A DNA stretch of 64,000 bases from Octopus vulgaris (taxonomy: Eukaryota), in the NCBI GenBank assembly GCA_951406725.2, contig OX597825.1, positions 6,758,001 to 6,822,000 on the forward strand, given 5' to 3'. Of the stretch, positions 40,641-55,145 are shown piece after piece. Position 1 is the first letter of the stretch. Each line of letters starts with the position of its first letter. Both the position numbers and the translations under genes were made by a program. Below the pieces are notes generated by a model. That model was not told the DNA's origin, ran no database searches, and saw only the letters and a program-made list of their open reading frames with translations.

Positions 40641-42967
40641 CCTATTATCTCCATCATTTTTTTTGCATCTGAAATATACACAGTGTATGGCCTGATACAC
40701 TCCTCTCTACGAGCAACTGATGACAAAAAACCCCAAAGAACACCAAAATAGACATACTGAGACAGAAAATAATTCCAGCCCCGCTTTACAGTTAAAAGGA
40801 AGTCCATGACTAAAGACTAAACCTAAATGTCTTAATACACATCTTTCTTACTTAAAATGTGATATAATGATTCCATTAGGAAATGTATTTCGTGAAGCAA
40901 TATGGCATTGATAATGAAATATATTTCTTCTTACGGGTATAAACAGTGGAGAATTTCTTGCTATTCAAATTTTCAATTCCTGATTCGACAATGCAATTTA
41001 TGGCTATTAATTCGAATAGTCTTGAAACATGAAACAAAATCCATCCTCTACAGCAGAGACTCTCAAAGCAAATAATCTGTCTGTATTAATTAAATAATTA
41101 TTCTGGCTACAGATAATAGCTAACTTAAACAGAACTGTCTTTGTGTAATAAAATATATTATTTATAATTATATAATTTTTTTTACGGTTGAGTAAAGTGT
41201 TAAAGTAGAAGAAAGTTGGATTAAATATGTCTCAGCAATCAGTTCACTTCCTGGCAATTTCACTCAATATTCCTCCAGGAACTGACTGTGCTTTTCAACC
41301 ATTTCGGTCAATAATATAATCACCACTTGTGTAGTAGAGCTAATTAAATCAACTAAGTTATTCTTATACTAATGTAAAATATTGTTATTGAGTTAAGAAT
41401 GGCAAGCATTATTTAACTCCATTGTGTTACACTATGCAATCTAATCTTACAAAAGTCAACCCTACCTCTCAGATGACCTCTGGTACTCAATAAAAGAACT
41501 AGTAGTAAATATAATGCTAAGATCAATTCAAATAAACACAGCCTTTTCCCCAACAAACACGGCCATTTAGTTAGTTGAGAGAACTCATTGTTATAATGAC
41601 TTGTCCTTTATAAGTGTGATAAATAGTCACGTATATTGAACGTAAAGAAGTGAATGTATCCTGCTAACTTTCAAGAAATAATGGTTCTTTATTGCAACAA
41701 CATTGGCAATGTAGATTATGGAAATCAGTTTAAAATATGTTACAAAGGTTCCCTACAACTTCCAGGCACTCATTCAATGTCATTGAATATAAAAGATTAT
41801 TTGTAAATTATAATGGAATATAAGGCCTGTGAAATTGTAATCTTTAGATAGACTTGTGCGGACGTGCAGGTTAATTTGTTTAGATGGAATTATTGAGTTA
41901 GGTTTTAGAGAATTTGAATTTATACGAAAGTGATATGGTTCCTTTCAAGGAAAACCAATTAAACTAAGATGCAGTTGCTGTTTTAGCACAAATAAGAAAA
42001 TAACAACAAAAAGCATGAACAGCTATCACTAAATTCTGTAAGTGGAGGTGCAATGGCCCAGTGGTTAGGGCAACAGACTCGCGGTCATAGGATTGCAGTT
42101 TTGATTCCCAGACCAGGTGTTGTGAGTATTTATTGAGCAAAAACACCTAAAACTCTACGAGGCTGCAGCAGGGTGGGCGGTGGCTAACCATGCTGTGTAC
42201 TTTCACTACAACTTTCTCTCACTTTTTCTTCCTGTTTCTGTTGTACCTGTATTTTCAAAGGGCCAGCCTTGTCACACTCTGTGTCACGCTGAATCTCCTC
42301 GAGAACTACATTAAGGGTACACGTGTCTGTGGAGTGCTCAGCCACTTGTACGTTAAGCTCATGAGCAGGCTGTTCCATTGATCGTATCAGCTGAGACCCT
42401 CGTCGTTGTAACCAACAGAGTGCCACAATTTTAAAGTCTGTTAAAATGTGAGATTAAATTTGTATCAAAACCAACGCTAAATGAGAGACAGTTTGCAAGA
42501 ATATAAAAAGCCAGGAATAGTCTTAAAACACAATTCTTCTTTACCATCATTTAATTATCAAAAATGTATTATAAGAGCCAAAACAACTCATAGCCATAAT
42601 AAGCACCATCCAGCAATGCTGGTGTTGAATAGTACCCTCACTTGCTTTATTGATGGATGTATTTTTGCCTTTATCTGGAAAAATTGCTAACAAGCCACCC
42701 TTATTATATATTCTTTTATTCTTTTATTTGTTTCAGTCATTTCACTGTGCCCATGCTGGAGTACTACCTTTAGTTGAACATCCCATATTTTTTTAACCTA
42801 ATTTTTGACAAAACAGGGTTCCTTATACATGTTAAAATACGGTGTATATATATATATATATATATAACAATGGGGGGTAGTATTACCTCTTGTTTGGAAA
42901 TGGATTTGAGATGGTGACAGAAAGGGCAGCTGGCTTTAGAAAATTTGCCTCATCAAATTCTGTCTGG

Positions 42968-43234
42968 TGGAGGCACATGGCTTAGTGGTTAGGGTGTCAG
43001 CACCATGATCGTAAGATAGTGGTTTCGATTCCTGGACCGGGCGACGCATTGTGTTCTTGAGCAAAACACTTCATTTCATGTTTCACGTTGCTCCAGTCCA
43101 CTCAGCTGGCAAAAGTGAGTAACGCTACAATGGACTGGCATCCCATCCAGCTGGGGATCACATACGCCATAGAAACCGGGAAACCGGGCCCATGAGCCTG
43201 GCTAGGCTTTAAAATGGGCGCATTTTTTTTATAT
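42968..43234 (+). mobile_element. SINE family C with TSD (related copies 23665-24275, 32333-32645, 42042-42425, 50240-50460, 57345-57632)
   Basis: 15-bp TSD tcaaattctgtctgg at 42953-42967 and 43235-43249; A box tggcttagtgg, B box ggtttcgattcc. Confidence 0.88.
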
Positions 43235-43627
43235 TCAAATTCTGTCTGGCATATCGCATGCATTGGAAAAATGGCTGCTAAATCATTTATGAAGGCACAT
43301 ACAAAACATAATGCTCACACACACACACACACACATACACATGTATATATAAAACACTACAGACACAAACACACACACACACACACATTCACCCATATTT
43401 CTCTATGTTTATTTCAGACAAAGTTTCATAGCCTTCAGCCCTATAAATATTACGATGTGGTTATATAAATTGACATAGTTGCACTGACTGGAAAGATAAC
43501 ATAAGAAAGTATGAGACAAACTTTTAGTAACCAATATATCAATAGTATACTTATTCAGTCTGGTATGGTTACATTTCATATCATCACTATTGTTCTCATT
43601 TACACTATCATCTCCAGCTACACCCCT

Positions 43628-43850
<223 letters not shown>

Positions 43851-43934
43851 TGATGAGAATGATGATGATGTTTTCTAATAAGATATATTTCAGGAGTCTT
43901 ATTTTTACTGGCATTCTTTCACTGAAAACCCAGT

Positions 43935-44000
<66 letters not shown>

Positions 44001-44201
44001 GCCTTGGGCATGTGTATCTTTCTTTTTCCTGCACATTTCCTATTGTATTGACGGTATTCTGTGTAATATATTTGCATAGCCTTGCTTTACCATTTCTCTG
44101 AAAGTTGTCAATATAGAAGTCCTGGGGTTTTGGTGAGGCATTTGTCTGCATAATTTTTAACCATTCCTTAGGCACCTATTATTATTATCATTATTACCAT
44201 T

Positions 44202-44235
<34 letters not shown>

Positions 44236-45147
44236 CTATTATTATTAATAACAACACAGGGGTTGTTTTTAATGTTTAGTTGTCACATTCTGCTTATTTA
44301 CAGTTCCATGTCTTCATATTATATTTTCATAGTTTCTCCATACCTTTTAGAGATACAGTATCATCTGTCAGGACTGATAAAGCTATCAGAAACGAAATAT
44401 TTCCTCTCCTGATGGTCCATCACAACAATATCTTCTCATTTCACCTTAGTCTCAGAGTGAATTGGCATACCTGATATATATATAGCCATTGTACCATTTT
44501 CCAAGACCGTTTCTAGTGTATATTTATAACATTTCTTTTTGTTGGCATTTCCTAATACTTGCATAATTTCCAGTGTATAAAAGCTTCCATAGTTTTATGC
44601 CTTATCTTTAGATTAAAATGGGGCTACCCAAAAACAATGTCATCGTTCATCGTTTAACGTCCGCTTTCCATGCTAGCATGGGTTGGACGATTTGACTGAG
44701 GTCTGGTGAACCAGATGGCTGCACCAGACTCCAATCTGATCTGGCAGAGTTTCTACAGCTGGATGCCCTTCCTAACGCCAACCACTCCAAGAGTGTAGTG
44801 GGTGCTTTTTACGTGCCAGTTAGGTGGTACTGGCAATGGCCACGCTCAAATGGTGCTTTTTATGTGCCACCTGCACAGGAGCCAGTCCAGCGGCACTGGC
44901 AACGACCTTGCTCGAATGTTTTGTTCACGTGCCATATATATAGTTGAAATTTACAGAAAAACAAAAGATGAAGACAGGTGTGTAAACAACATACAGATGT
45001 ATTAGTTTGATGCTCGGGAAGGTGAGAAAGTCTTTTACGTTTCGAACCTATGCTCTTCAACAGGAACATGAGGAAATAAACAGAGAGAGAAAAAAGGAGA
45101 GAGAATAAAAAAGCTTTTGGAGCTAGTGGTCAATCATATATATACAA

Positions 45148-45228
<81 letters not shown>

Positions 45229-45724
45229 TCATGATTTTACATTGTCTTATCTATAAAGGTGTGCAGATCTGACCAAGCTACTTCATCTCCTTGCATCAAC
45301 AACTGGCACTGTTTTTAATGACCATTTACTCGATAAAGAAAGAGAAATAGTGTACAACATCACCAAGAACTCAACGTAAATAGTACAGAATATATAATGG
45401 AAGATTGGCAAGCATCCAAACTGATAATTAAATAATATCTAACGGAAATCAGAATGACAGGATTGAAGAATGAATGAATAAAAGTAATGGAATCAGCTAG
45501 AAAAAAATGATGATAATGATGATGATGGTGATGGTGATGATGATGTTGAAGATGATGGTATTGGCAGTTGATATGGCGGCACTGAAGAAGAGAACATTGG
45601 TAATGTAGATGATAATGTTCTTTTAGCAGATTTAATAAAACCATTTATTATTATTTTGCATTAAAGCAGACAAAAGATTGTATGAGACTTGTATGAAAAG
45701 TTGAACAATTCCCACTTATAACTG

Positions 45725-45759
<35 letters not shown>

Positions 45760-46130
45760 TGCACGGACGCACGCACATGCACATACACACATATTTGGAC
45801 ACTGAAAGAAATTTGTACTTTAGCAAACTTGAGCAATCACAGTTTAATTTCCATATGTGTAAGGCATTTCCAGTCATAATTTGACTTTGGTTTCCAATGT
45901 CAAAGAACTAATAAGAAAAAGAGAAAGAGAGAAAAAAAAAAATATTGGAATTGATCTAATTGTCTGCCAGGGATGTGCTGTCATTAAGTTACAACCAAAA
46001 AGACGTGGAAGTTTGTATGTTGGTATCCGGGAATACAAGATAATCTTTTAGTTCACATTTTTGCTGTCAGGATAAGGAATTTCACAGAAAAAAACTATGC
46101 AAACAAAATTAACACAAACACACACACACG

Positions 46131-46182
<52 letters not shown>

Positions 46183-46777
46183 AAGGCAAAAGGTGTTGAA
46201 AGCATACCAAAGCTGACATTGGAACTCATTGCGATCCTATTGTTCACCAGATCATGTGAAACTGTGTGAACCATGCCAGTATGGAAAATGGATGTTAAAT
46301 TATGATGATGGTAATGTGTGTCTGTATGTGTGTGTGTGTATCATCATCACCACCACCATCTTCATCATCATCATCATCATCATGATCGTTGTCATTGTCA
46401 TCACCATCTGGCACGAGTCAGACGACCACAAGGCTTTACTGTCTGTCTTGGCATGACTTTCATAGCTGAACTCTCTACTAATGCCACTCACCTTAGAGTG
46501 GAGACCTAGGTGCTTTTCAAGTGGCATCAGCACTGACAAGGTCTATTTTCGCATGGCTTTTACAGCTGGAAGCCTTTTCTAATGCCAACCACTTTACAGT
46601 GTGGACTGGATGCATTTTACATGGCCCCAACACTGGCAGGGTCACCAAGAAACTCACAATAGAAAGACCTTTTGTGAAGGAAGGTACTGGAAGAAGGGGG
46701 TAGCCTTATCCCAGATGATGAGAGGTAAGGTTCTAACTTTCCTTTTAGCTCTCTCTTGATATCTCTTTACTCTTTAC

Positions 46778-47165
46778 TCTTTACTCTTTTACTCTTTTAC
46801 TTGTTTCAGTCATTTGACTGTGGCCATGCTGGAGCACCGCCTTTAATTGGGACTTATTCTTTTTGTAAGCCTAGTACTTATTCTATCGATCTCTTTTGCC
46901 AAACCGCTAAGTAACGGGGACATAAACACACCAGCATCGGTTGTCAAGCAATGCTAGGGGGACAAACAAAGACATACAAACACACACATGCATATATATA
47001 TACAACGGGCTTCTTTTCAGTTTTTGTCTACCAAATCCACTCACAAGGCTTTGGTCGGCCCGAGGCTATAATAGAAGACACTTGCCCAAGATACCACGCA
47101 GTGGGACTGAACCCGGAACCATGTGGTTGGTAAACAAGCTACTTACCACACAGCCACTCCTGCGC
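46778..47165 (-). mobile_element. SINE family A (partial copies follow at 47185-47360 and 47665-47822)
   Basis: Colinear with 7642-8044; tandem (tactctt)n tail. Confidence 0.88.
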
Positions 47166-47404
47166 TGATATATATGTATATTTTTTTCTTTTATTTGTTT
47201 CAGCCATTTGACTATGGCCATGCTGGAGCACCACCTTTTAGTTGAACAAATTGACCTCCAGGACTTATTCTTTGTAAGCTTAGTACTTATTCTATTGGTT
47301 CTTTTGCCAAACTGCTAAGTTACAGGGATGTAAACACACCAGCATCGGTTGTCAAGCGATGGATATACGAATTTGGCAATGCCACCTTCTAGCCAAACAA
47401 TTAT

Positions 47405-47449
47405 TCTGTGCTGATGAATGGAAATAAACCAGAAATCGCGATACACAGA
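47405..47449 (+). ncRNA. Minimal type I hammerhead ribozyme motif (Penelope-type)
   Basis: tctgtg-CTGATGA-a-tgg(aaataaa)cca-GAAA-tcgcga-TA-cacaga: 6-bp stem I, intact core, 3-bp stem II, palindromic stem III ATCGCGAT, NUH triplet AUA. Confidence 0.7.
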
Positions 47450-48922
47450 TATTATTTTGAGCTGAGTTGGGGTGCTAGATTCCCTTATTCGAAATTATAA
47501 GGACACAGATCATGTCGTACAGCCAGCTGGAGAGAATGTCTCCTGGGGCTAAATTACAGCAACATTCATCCTAAACCAGGACTGCTATGTTATGTTGGCA
47601 AACAATCTTTACTCCAAAGTACTGTTGCTGAATATCTCTCATTGTGAGATTTACAAATAGTAATTTTCTTTCGGTTTCTGTCCACCAAATCCACTCACAA
47701 GGCTTTGGTCAGCTCAAGACTATAGTAGAAGCCACTTGCCCAAGGTGCCACGCAGTGGGACTGAACCTGGAACCATGTGGTTGGGAAGCAAGTTTCTTAC
47801 CATACAGTCACACCTGTGCCTACAGCATGAATTTACAATTTTCTCTGAAAATATTTGTTTGCTAAATAAAAATAAAATAATTTTCCCAGATGTATTGAGT
47901 TGATTTTCAGATATATGTTACTTCCAATAAAATGTATGGAGATAAAAACTGTTGATATGAACCTTGGGAATTACTGGTACGTAATCTACAGACTTTGCGC
48001 AGTTGAAAGGTGAAATGCAATGAGACAAGATTGGAACTTGTAAGCCATCTCCTTCAGATTCCATAAGATAAATATTTATTTTAAGAAGACTGTCAGAAAA
48101 GTAATATATTTAGATAAGTGATAAACTTTTGGTGGAATTAATTTCTGTGGAATTAATTTCTGTTTTGCAGTGAAAAACCTAATCATGCACTGTAAAGTAT
48201 TCTATTTACTGACTCGGTTATTACAAATGTATTTGAATTTCTTTTCTCTAACGTTAATATTTTAGAGACATTTAGAGACAAATGACTGGAGCTTGTTTAA
48301 TTCCGAAACTATCTTCTCCAATAATTTTACTACCTCGTATTTCATTTTTGGATTTGGTTTGCAAGATTCTTTATATGAGTTCGTGTGTTGAAGCATATTC
48401 TGTTGTGTCTGGGGAGAGTCATCTTCTTTTTGTCCCTTATAATGTAACACACTCACCGGTAAAATTTCCACTTATTCCTTATTTATATTTTCCTAAAATT
48501 TTCGTTGTGTCTTGCAACCTTTTCAATAGTCAAGACTAAGTGGAAATGTTACTGGTGAGTGTGTTACCTTATAAGGCACAAAAAGAAAATGACTCTTCCC
48601 AGACACAACAGAATTTACTACCTCAGTTACATTTATTAACCATTTACTGCGTTAACAGTTATTGTTGTCACCATCACTCTTGATACCACGACCACCACCT
48701 GGGCCACAACGACGACCACCACGACGAAGACTACAACCACCACCCCATAATAAGAACAACGGCTGTCAACACCACTGCCACCACCACCACCAGCAGGTTA
48801 TGTACATCATTTTATGTACACTTTCAATGCTGGCATGGGTTAGAGTATTCAACAGGTTCTGGCAAATTGAAGAATTATGTCTTTCTCCAACATCTTAATT
48901 TTGCTAAGAATTCCCTTTCTAA

Positions 48923-49155
48923 AGGTGGCGAGCTGGCAGAAATGTTAGTACACCGGGCGAAATGCTTAGCGGTATTTCGTCTGCCGCTACGTTCTGAGTT
49001 CAAATTCCGCCGAGGTTGACTTTGCCTTTCAATCCTTTCGGGGCCGATTAAATAAGTACCAGTTATGCACTGGGGTCAATATAATTGACCATATCCGTTT
49101 GTCTGTCCTTGTTTGTCCCCTCTGTGTGTAGCCCCTTGTGGGTAGTAAAGAAATG
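48923..49155 (+). mobile_element. SINE family B with TSD
   Basis: 16-bp TSD agaattccctttctaa at 48907-48922 and 49156-49171. Confidence 0.9.
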
Positions 49156-51369
49156 AGAATTCCCTTTCTAACACCAACCACATTACTGAGATTTTTTTTT
49201 GTGGCCCCAGCGCCAATAAGATCTTGTGACTCACAAGAGTGAAAAACCTACACGAGTTAAAAGGGAGACTAGAGGAAAGAGGATGATGATGTTTCGGGGA
49301 GTTTTGAGAGAAGTTAAAGCGTGACTGGAGGAAGAGGTTAATTGTTGTGAGAGAATGGTGAAGGGGAGAGTAACAGAAGAGACAGTGTTGAGGGAAGAGG
49401 TTAATGGGAGGGATGGGGCAAATGGGAAGGGAAGGAGTAGTGTCAGGGGTTAGTGAGAACAAGAGAAAGCTAGAGGGATGAAAATGACTGTGGCAGTGTG
49501 TGTGTGTGGGGGGGGGGTAGTGGCTCCAGTGCTATCCTATGCTATAGGGGTGAATGTGGGCAGGTGGAGGTGGTGCTGGTAGTGATGGTGCTGGAGGGGG
49601 TGCATGAAAGGGAGATAGAAATGATGCTGGATGATGGAGAAAGTAAAAAAACAGGGAGGTGGGAATGCCTCGAAAGTAAAACTGAGAGATAAAACAGCAG
49701 AACCACTGAGGGGAGGGGACAGAGAGAATGAGAGAGAGAGAGAGGGAGAGGAGAGAGAAAGGGAGAAAGCGAGAGAGAGTGGGAAGAGGGAGAGGAACAG
49801 TGGAATGCAGTAAGAAAGAAAGGGTTTAGGATACGATAGAAGTGGATGGGGAGAGAAGATTACCCTGTGCACACCTGCCAATTATGAAAACTACCTTAGA
49901 TGTTACCTTATTCGTAAACCTATTACACCTCTTGTTATCCTTTTGTTTGCACTAGGCTCACCTATTGGGGTTTCTGTCTCCTCCTTTTCTCTGTGGAAAA
50001 CACAATCACTTCCTTGGATATGTCAAAATCTTGTTATCTTTCCAATTTAGTGTAAATTTGGGACCTTTCAATTCTAGGCTTTGTTACCATGTCTGGAATT
50101 TCTTCTCCAAATTTTCAACAGGTTCTATTAAAAGAATCCCTATGAACAGCCAGTTTTCAACCCTTCTATCATAGCTTGGAATACTACAATAAACAAGGGA
50201 AGGCTGGGAACTGATCCCTGAGGGATCCTGTGTCTGCATGTGGAGGCACATGGCTTAGTTTGCTTAAGTGTTGGACTCGTGATTGTAAGATCGCAGTTTC
50301 GATTCCTGGCCCAGGCAACACATTCTGTTCTTGAGCAAAACACTTCATTTCACATTGCTGAAGTCCATTCGGTTGGCAAAAACGAGTAATCTTACAATCC
50401 TGGTGGGTGGGTTTGGGGGAATATACATGCCATGGAAATCGGGAAACCATGGAAATCGAGAAGGTTTTTACTACCTGTATCTGCTGATTTTATAACTGAA
50501 ATCATTGCTACCCCCCCCCCTGCTCACAAACTGCACCCCTGTACATAGTTTGCCTCACCCCCATAAACCATTCATAATCCTAAATACCATTTACATAGTT
50601 ATAGTGACTTAAGTTTGTATTACAATAAAGAATAACTAAAATCTATATCATATTTTATTTTCGATGGAGTTTATTATATTCAACAATGATTAGTTGTAAA
50701 TTTAAGCATAAAAGAATTCATAAAAATGCACTTATTCTAATTTATATACAATTTATACCATTCTATAAGTTGTACATTGATAAATGAACACACACACACA
50801 CACACACACATGTAAATTACTCCCATTGTCCTGTTAGAGATTTTTCCCACTTGATATGCACGTGTGTCTGTACATGCATATATGTATACATATAAAGCTG
50901 TTGCTATGTTGTGCATAGGATTGTATGCATGGCTCGTTACTTTCATATGCATCGGTGACAGTTTACCAGACACTAATCTCACGTCACTTTCCCACCATTT
51001 ACATTAAGTGTAGCTAATTAACTGTGAAAAGCAACAGCGGTTAAATTCAACAACAACTTAATATGCAAACTTAAGCAAGACAAACATTTAAAAACAGTGG
51101 AAACTAAGGAAATATAATTAATTCAGAATAATGAAATTGAAGTTAATTTAGTGAAAACCTTGTATTAAAAATATTAAAAATGCAAAAATATGCTTTTACG
51201 AAACCCATTGGAAAATAGAAGATTATATTAAATTGAAGCAATATTTTTATTGTATTAGCAAATATGGGAGATACATATTTAAATGTTTCGATCTTACTGG
51301 GGATCATCAGTAGAACCACGATCTTAATGTGATTTCAGCCAATGCTTCAGTTTGAATAATATTTACATA

Positions 51370-51773
51370 GGCGCAGGAGTGGCTGTGTGGTAAGTAGCTT
51401 GCTAACCAACCACATGGTTCCGGGTTCAGTCCCACTGCGTGGCATCTTGGGCAAGTGTCTTCTGCTATAGCCCCGGGCCGACCAATGCCTTGTGAGTGGA
51501 TTTGGTAGATGGAAACTGAAAGAAGCTTGTCGTATATATGTATATATATATATATATGTATGTGTGTTTGTGTGTCTGTGTTTGTCCCCCTCGTATTGCT
51601 TGACAACCGATGCTGGTGTGTTTACGTCCCCGTTACTTAGCGGTTCGGCAAAAAGAGACCGATAGAATAAGTACTGGGCTTACAAAGAATAAGTCCCGGG
51701 GTTGAGTTGCTCGACTAAAGGCGGTGCTCCAGCATGGCCGCAGTCAAATGACTGAAACAAGTAAAAAAAAAAA
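51370..51773 (+). mobile_element. SINE family A, young copy
   Basis: GGCGCAGGAGTGGCTGTGTGG head, CpGs retained, A-rich tail. Confidence 0.9.
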
Positions 51774-51780
51774 TATTATT

Positions 51781-52250
51781 ATTGTAGAGGGAACGTGTGG
51801 AAGGGGTAGACCTAAAAAGACAAGGGACAACGTGGTGAGAAAGGACCTACAGACGTTGGGATTCACTGAGGGGATGACAGGAGATTGAGACTTTGAGTGG
51901 TTTGCTGTGCTTGAAAAGACATGTCAAGCTAAGTAAAAGTGTGGCTGTCCTTGCATACAGGCTTGTCCCCTGCAACCCTCTCCAGCTGAGCATCCCTGAT
52001 CTCACAGCCTTGTAGATGCTGGTGCCGCGTAAAAAGCACCCTTGTCGGGTGCTGTGTTAAAGCACCTGGTACATTCTGTAAAGTGGTTGGCATTGAGAAG
52101 AGCATTCAGCCATAGATACCATGCCAAAACAGACAGGGAGCCTGGAGAGCCCTTCAGCTGGTTCAGCTCCTATCAAAACATCCAACCCGTGCCAGCATGG
52201 AAAACGGACATTAAAGGATGAGGACAATGATGATAATGATGATGATGATG
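51781..52250 (+). mobile_element. 5'-truncated RTE-clade LINE
   Basis: 51781-51936 reads IVEGTCGRGRPKKTRDNVVRKDLQTLGFTEGMTGD*DFEWFAVLEKTCQAK*, with the GRGRP..W-type RTE C-terminus; same UTR and (GAT)n tail as 3141-3690. Confidence 0.82.
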
Positions 52251-52789
52251 ATGAGGAGGAGGAGGAGGATTACGCATATTTTCAATGTTATTACTGTTAC
52301 AAATTAAATAATACAAGTAAAGGGTAGGGTTAGGCCACAACCATTGCCCCATGGCACTTGAAAATGAATTCTTCGGCTTGAAGTACTTGATCGACTTTGC
52401 ATTTCGACCTTCAGGCATTACAAGAAATCCTTATTAGAAAATCATAAAAAAAAAAGAAAATGTTCTCTTTCAGCATTGTTATGATTTAGGGTGATGAACA
52501 ACAGAGACAAACATCCAAGCTGGAAATCAGGAGGTACTTATGCATGTGTGTGTGCGTGTATGTGTGTGTGTGTGTGCATGTGTGTACGTGTGTGTGTGTG
52601 CACATGTTTTTGTATATGTGCATATGCTTGTGTGTAAGATGTGTGTGGGGATATGAAGTGTGTGAGGGTGTGTTTGCACATGTGTTTGTGTGTGTGCATC
52701 TGTGAGATGTGTGTGTGTGTTTGTGTGCGAGGGGGTGAAGTGTGCGAGGGGGTGTGTATATGTAAGTTGTGTGGTATGTACACATTTGG

Positions 52790-52980
52790 GTGTGTGTGTG
52801 GAGTATATACAATTTGGGTGTGTGTGGGGGTGTACAATGTGGGTGTGGGGGTGCACAATTTGGGTGTGTGTGGGTGTGTGGGATGTATAATTTGGGTGGA
52901 TGTGGGGGTGTACAATTTGGGTGCATGTGTGTGGGGATGTACAATTTGGTTGTGTGTGTGGGGGGGATGTACAATTTGGA
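52790..52980. repeat. Minisatellite, unit about 26-28 nt (tgtacaatttgggtgtgtgtgggg), emerging from a (TG)n region
   Basis: About seven recurrences of a (c/t)aatttgg-like core. Confidence 0.8.
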
Positions 52981-53169
52981 CCCCCCACCCAAAATTTTCT
53001 TGCAAGTTTAGACCCTGCTACACCCTACCCAACCTGATTGATACTGCCTCATCATCTCCCAGTCACTCACCTCCCTACCATCCCCCACCTCTCCACCCAC
53101 ATACCATCTCTTCTAGTCATTCCTTATACTGATGGAATTCATAACGTTAGCAGTGTCTGGTAGTTGTTA

Positions 53170-53766
53170 TTTATTTCTTTACTACCCACAAGGGGCTACA
53201 CACAGAGGGGACAAACAAGGACAGACAAACTGATTAAGTCGATAATATTGACCCCAGTGCATAACTGGTATACTTAATTTATTGACCTCGAAAGGATGAA
53301 ATGCAAAGTCAACCTCGGAATTTGAACTCAGAACGTAGTGGCAGACGAAATACCTATTTCTTTATAACCCACCAGGGGCTAAACATAGAGGAGACAAACA
53401 AGGCCAGACAAACAGATTAAGTCGATAATCTCGACCCCAGTGCGTAACTGGTATACTTAATTTATCAACCTCGAAAGGATGAAATGCAAAGTCAACCTCG
53501 GCAGAATTTGAACTCAAAACGTAGCTGCAGACAAAATACCTATTTCTTTATAACCTACCAGGGGCTAAACATAGAGGGGACAAACAAGGACAGACATAGG
53601 TATTAAGTCGATTACATCAACCCCAGTGCATAACTGGTACTTAATTTATCGACCCCGAAAGGATGAAAGGCAAAGTCGATCTCAGCAGAATTTGAACTCA
53701 GAACGTAGTGGCAGACGAAATACCTCTAAGCATTTTTCCTGGTGCGCTAACGTTTCTGCCAGCTCA
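53170..53766 (-). mobile_element. SINE family B trimer
   Basis: Three units; both junctions are aaatac|ctatttcttta. Confidence 0.88.
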
Positions 53767-54789
53767 CAGGTAGTTGTTCTCATTCCCTCTTCTATACTGC
53801 CAATCAACATTCCCTGTTTCTCAGATCCACTTGTTCTTAACGCCCAACACCTACAGTTACCATTGTTCCCTGCCATTAATCTCCATCACTCTCCACCACT
53901 CTTTCATCTCAATCACTGTCTCTACGCACACTTCTGCTGCCTTCACTTGCCCATCCTGGTCCCTCCATCATCTTTTTCTCTTCAAGTCATCCTCGTGTTA
54001 TCTAACTGAAAGGAATATTTTTTTTTTATACTAAAGAATATGTATATATATATAAGAAAATTGACGAGGAAGCCAAATAGAGATAAAAATGAGAAATAAG
54101 TCAGAAGAAATGGAAATTGATGAAAGAAAGATAATGTTGGTAAAAATGATGCAATACGCAAAAAAAAAAAAACCTACATAGTTTTCCTTATAAAAATAGG
54201 AAATAATGTACTTGGGTGGGGATTTCGATCACTTGGATCTGGTGGTGAAATAAAGTTAATTCTAGTCCTGTTGCATTTTTATTTATTCATTTCGCTAAGT
54301 GAGGAATTCACCCTAAGTCATAATAGCAGCATTCTAAGAATATTTCTAGCTGAACGCAGAGTCAGATGAGAAGAATAAACCCATATAAGAACAGTTCAAC
54401 CATTCAATATGGAAATATTGGAATATATTACATTCTGTGATAGATAATACAGCATAAACGGATTTACACTTGACTGAGAAAAAAAGGAACCAAGAAAAAA
54501 GGCTTTGGTTCGGTCCTTATCTTTTCCATCAAACTGGTTACCACGGCAACAGCAATAACAACAACAAGTTAATGGTGGTGTCTCTTATATGGTCACTTGC
54601 TCAATTGAAAATAGCAGCCAGGTCTTTGATTCGTAGTGTAACATCTTAAAAAGTGTAAGGGACTCAGGAGGTTGTGGGGTTAGGGAAATGCTGACTAAAA
54701 AAAGAAAGGATAGACACGGCTGGAAAGAACTTTGGACAAAGATTGGATCAATAGAGGTCAATCGCTGATCTGGACCTAACCCTAACCAC

Positions 54790-54795
54790 AGAAGT

Positions 54796-54829
<34 letters not shown>

Positions 54830-55145
54830 ACAGCAACAACAACAACAACAACATCATCATCAACAACAACATCATCATCATCATCATCATCAACAACAAC
54901 AACAACAGCAGCAGCAGCAGCAGTAGCAGAAGCAGCACCAGCAGCAGCTGAAACAACAACAAGGAAAACGATGGCTGCAGCAACAACAACAACAAGAGGA
55001 GGTGGGGAGAGGGATCATCATCATCATCATCATCATCAACAACAAGAGGAGAAGGAAGAGCAATGTCGACAATATGAACAACAAGAGGCAGAGGAGGACG
55101 AGGTAGAACATCAACGACAACAACAACATCAACATCAATAGCAAC
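54790..55145. repeat. Compound (CAG)/(CAA)/(CAT) trinucleotide repeat
   Basis: Direct reading; explains the poly-L/M/C ORFs in the track. Confidence 0.9.
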
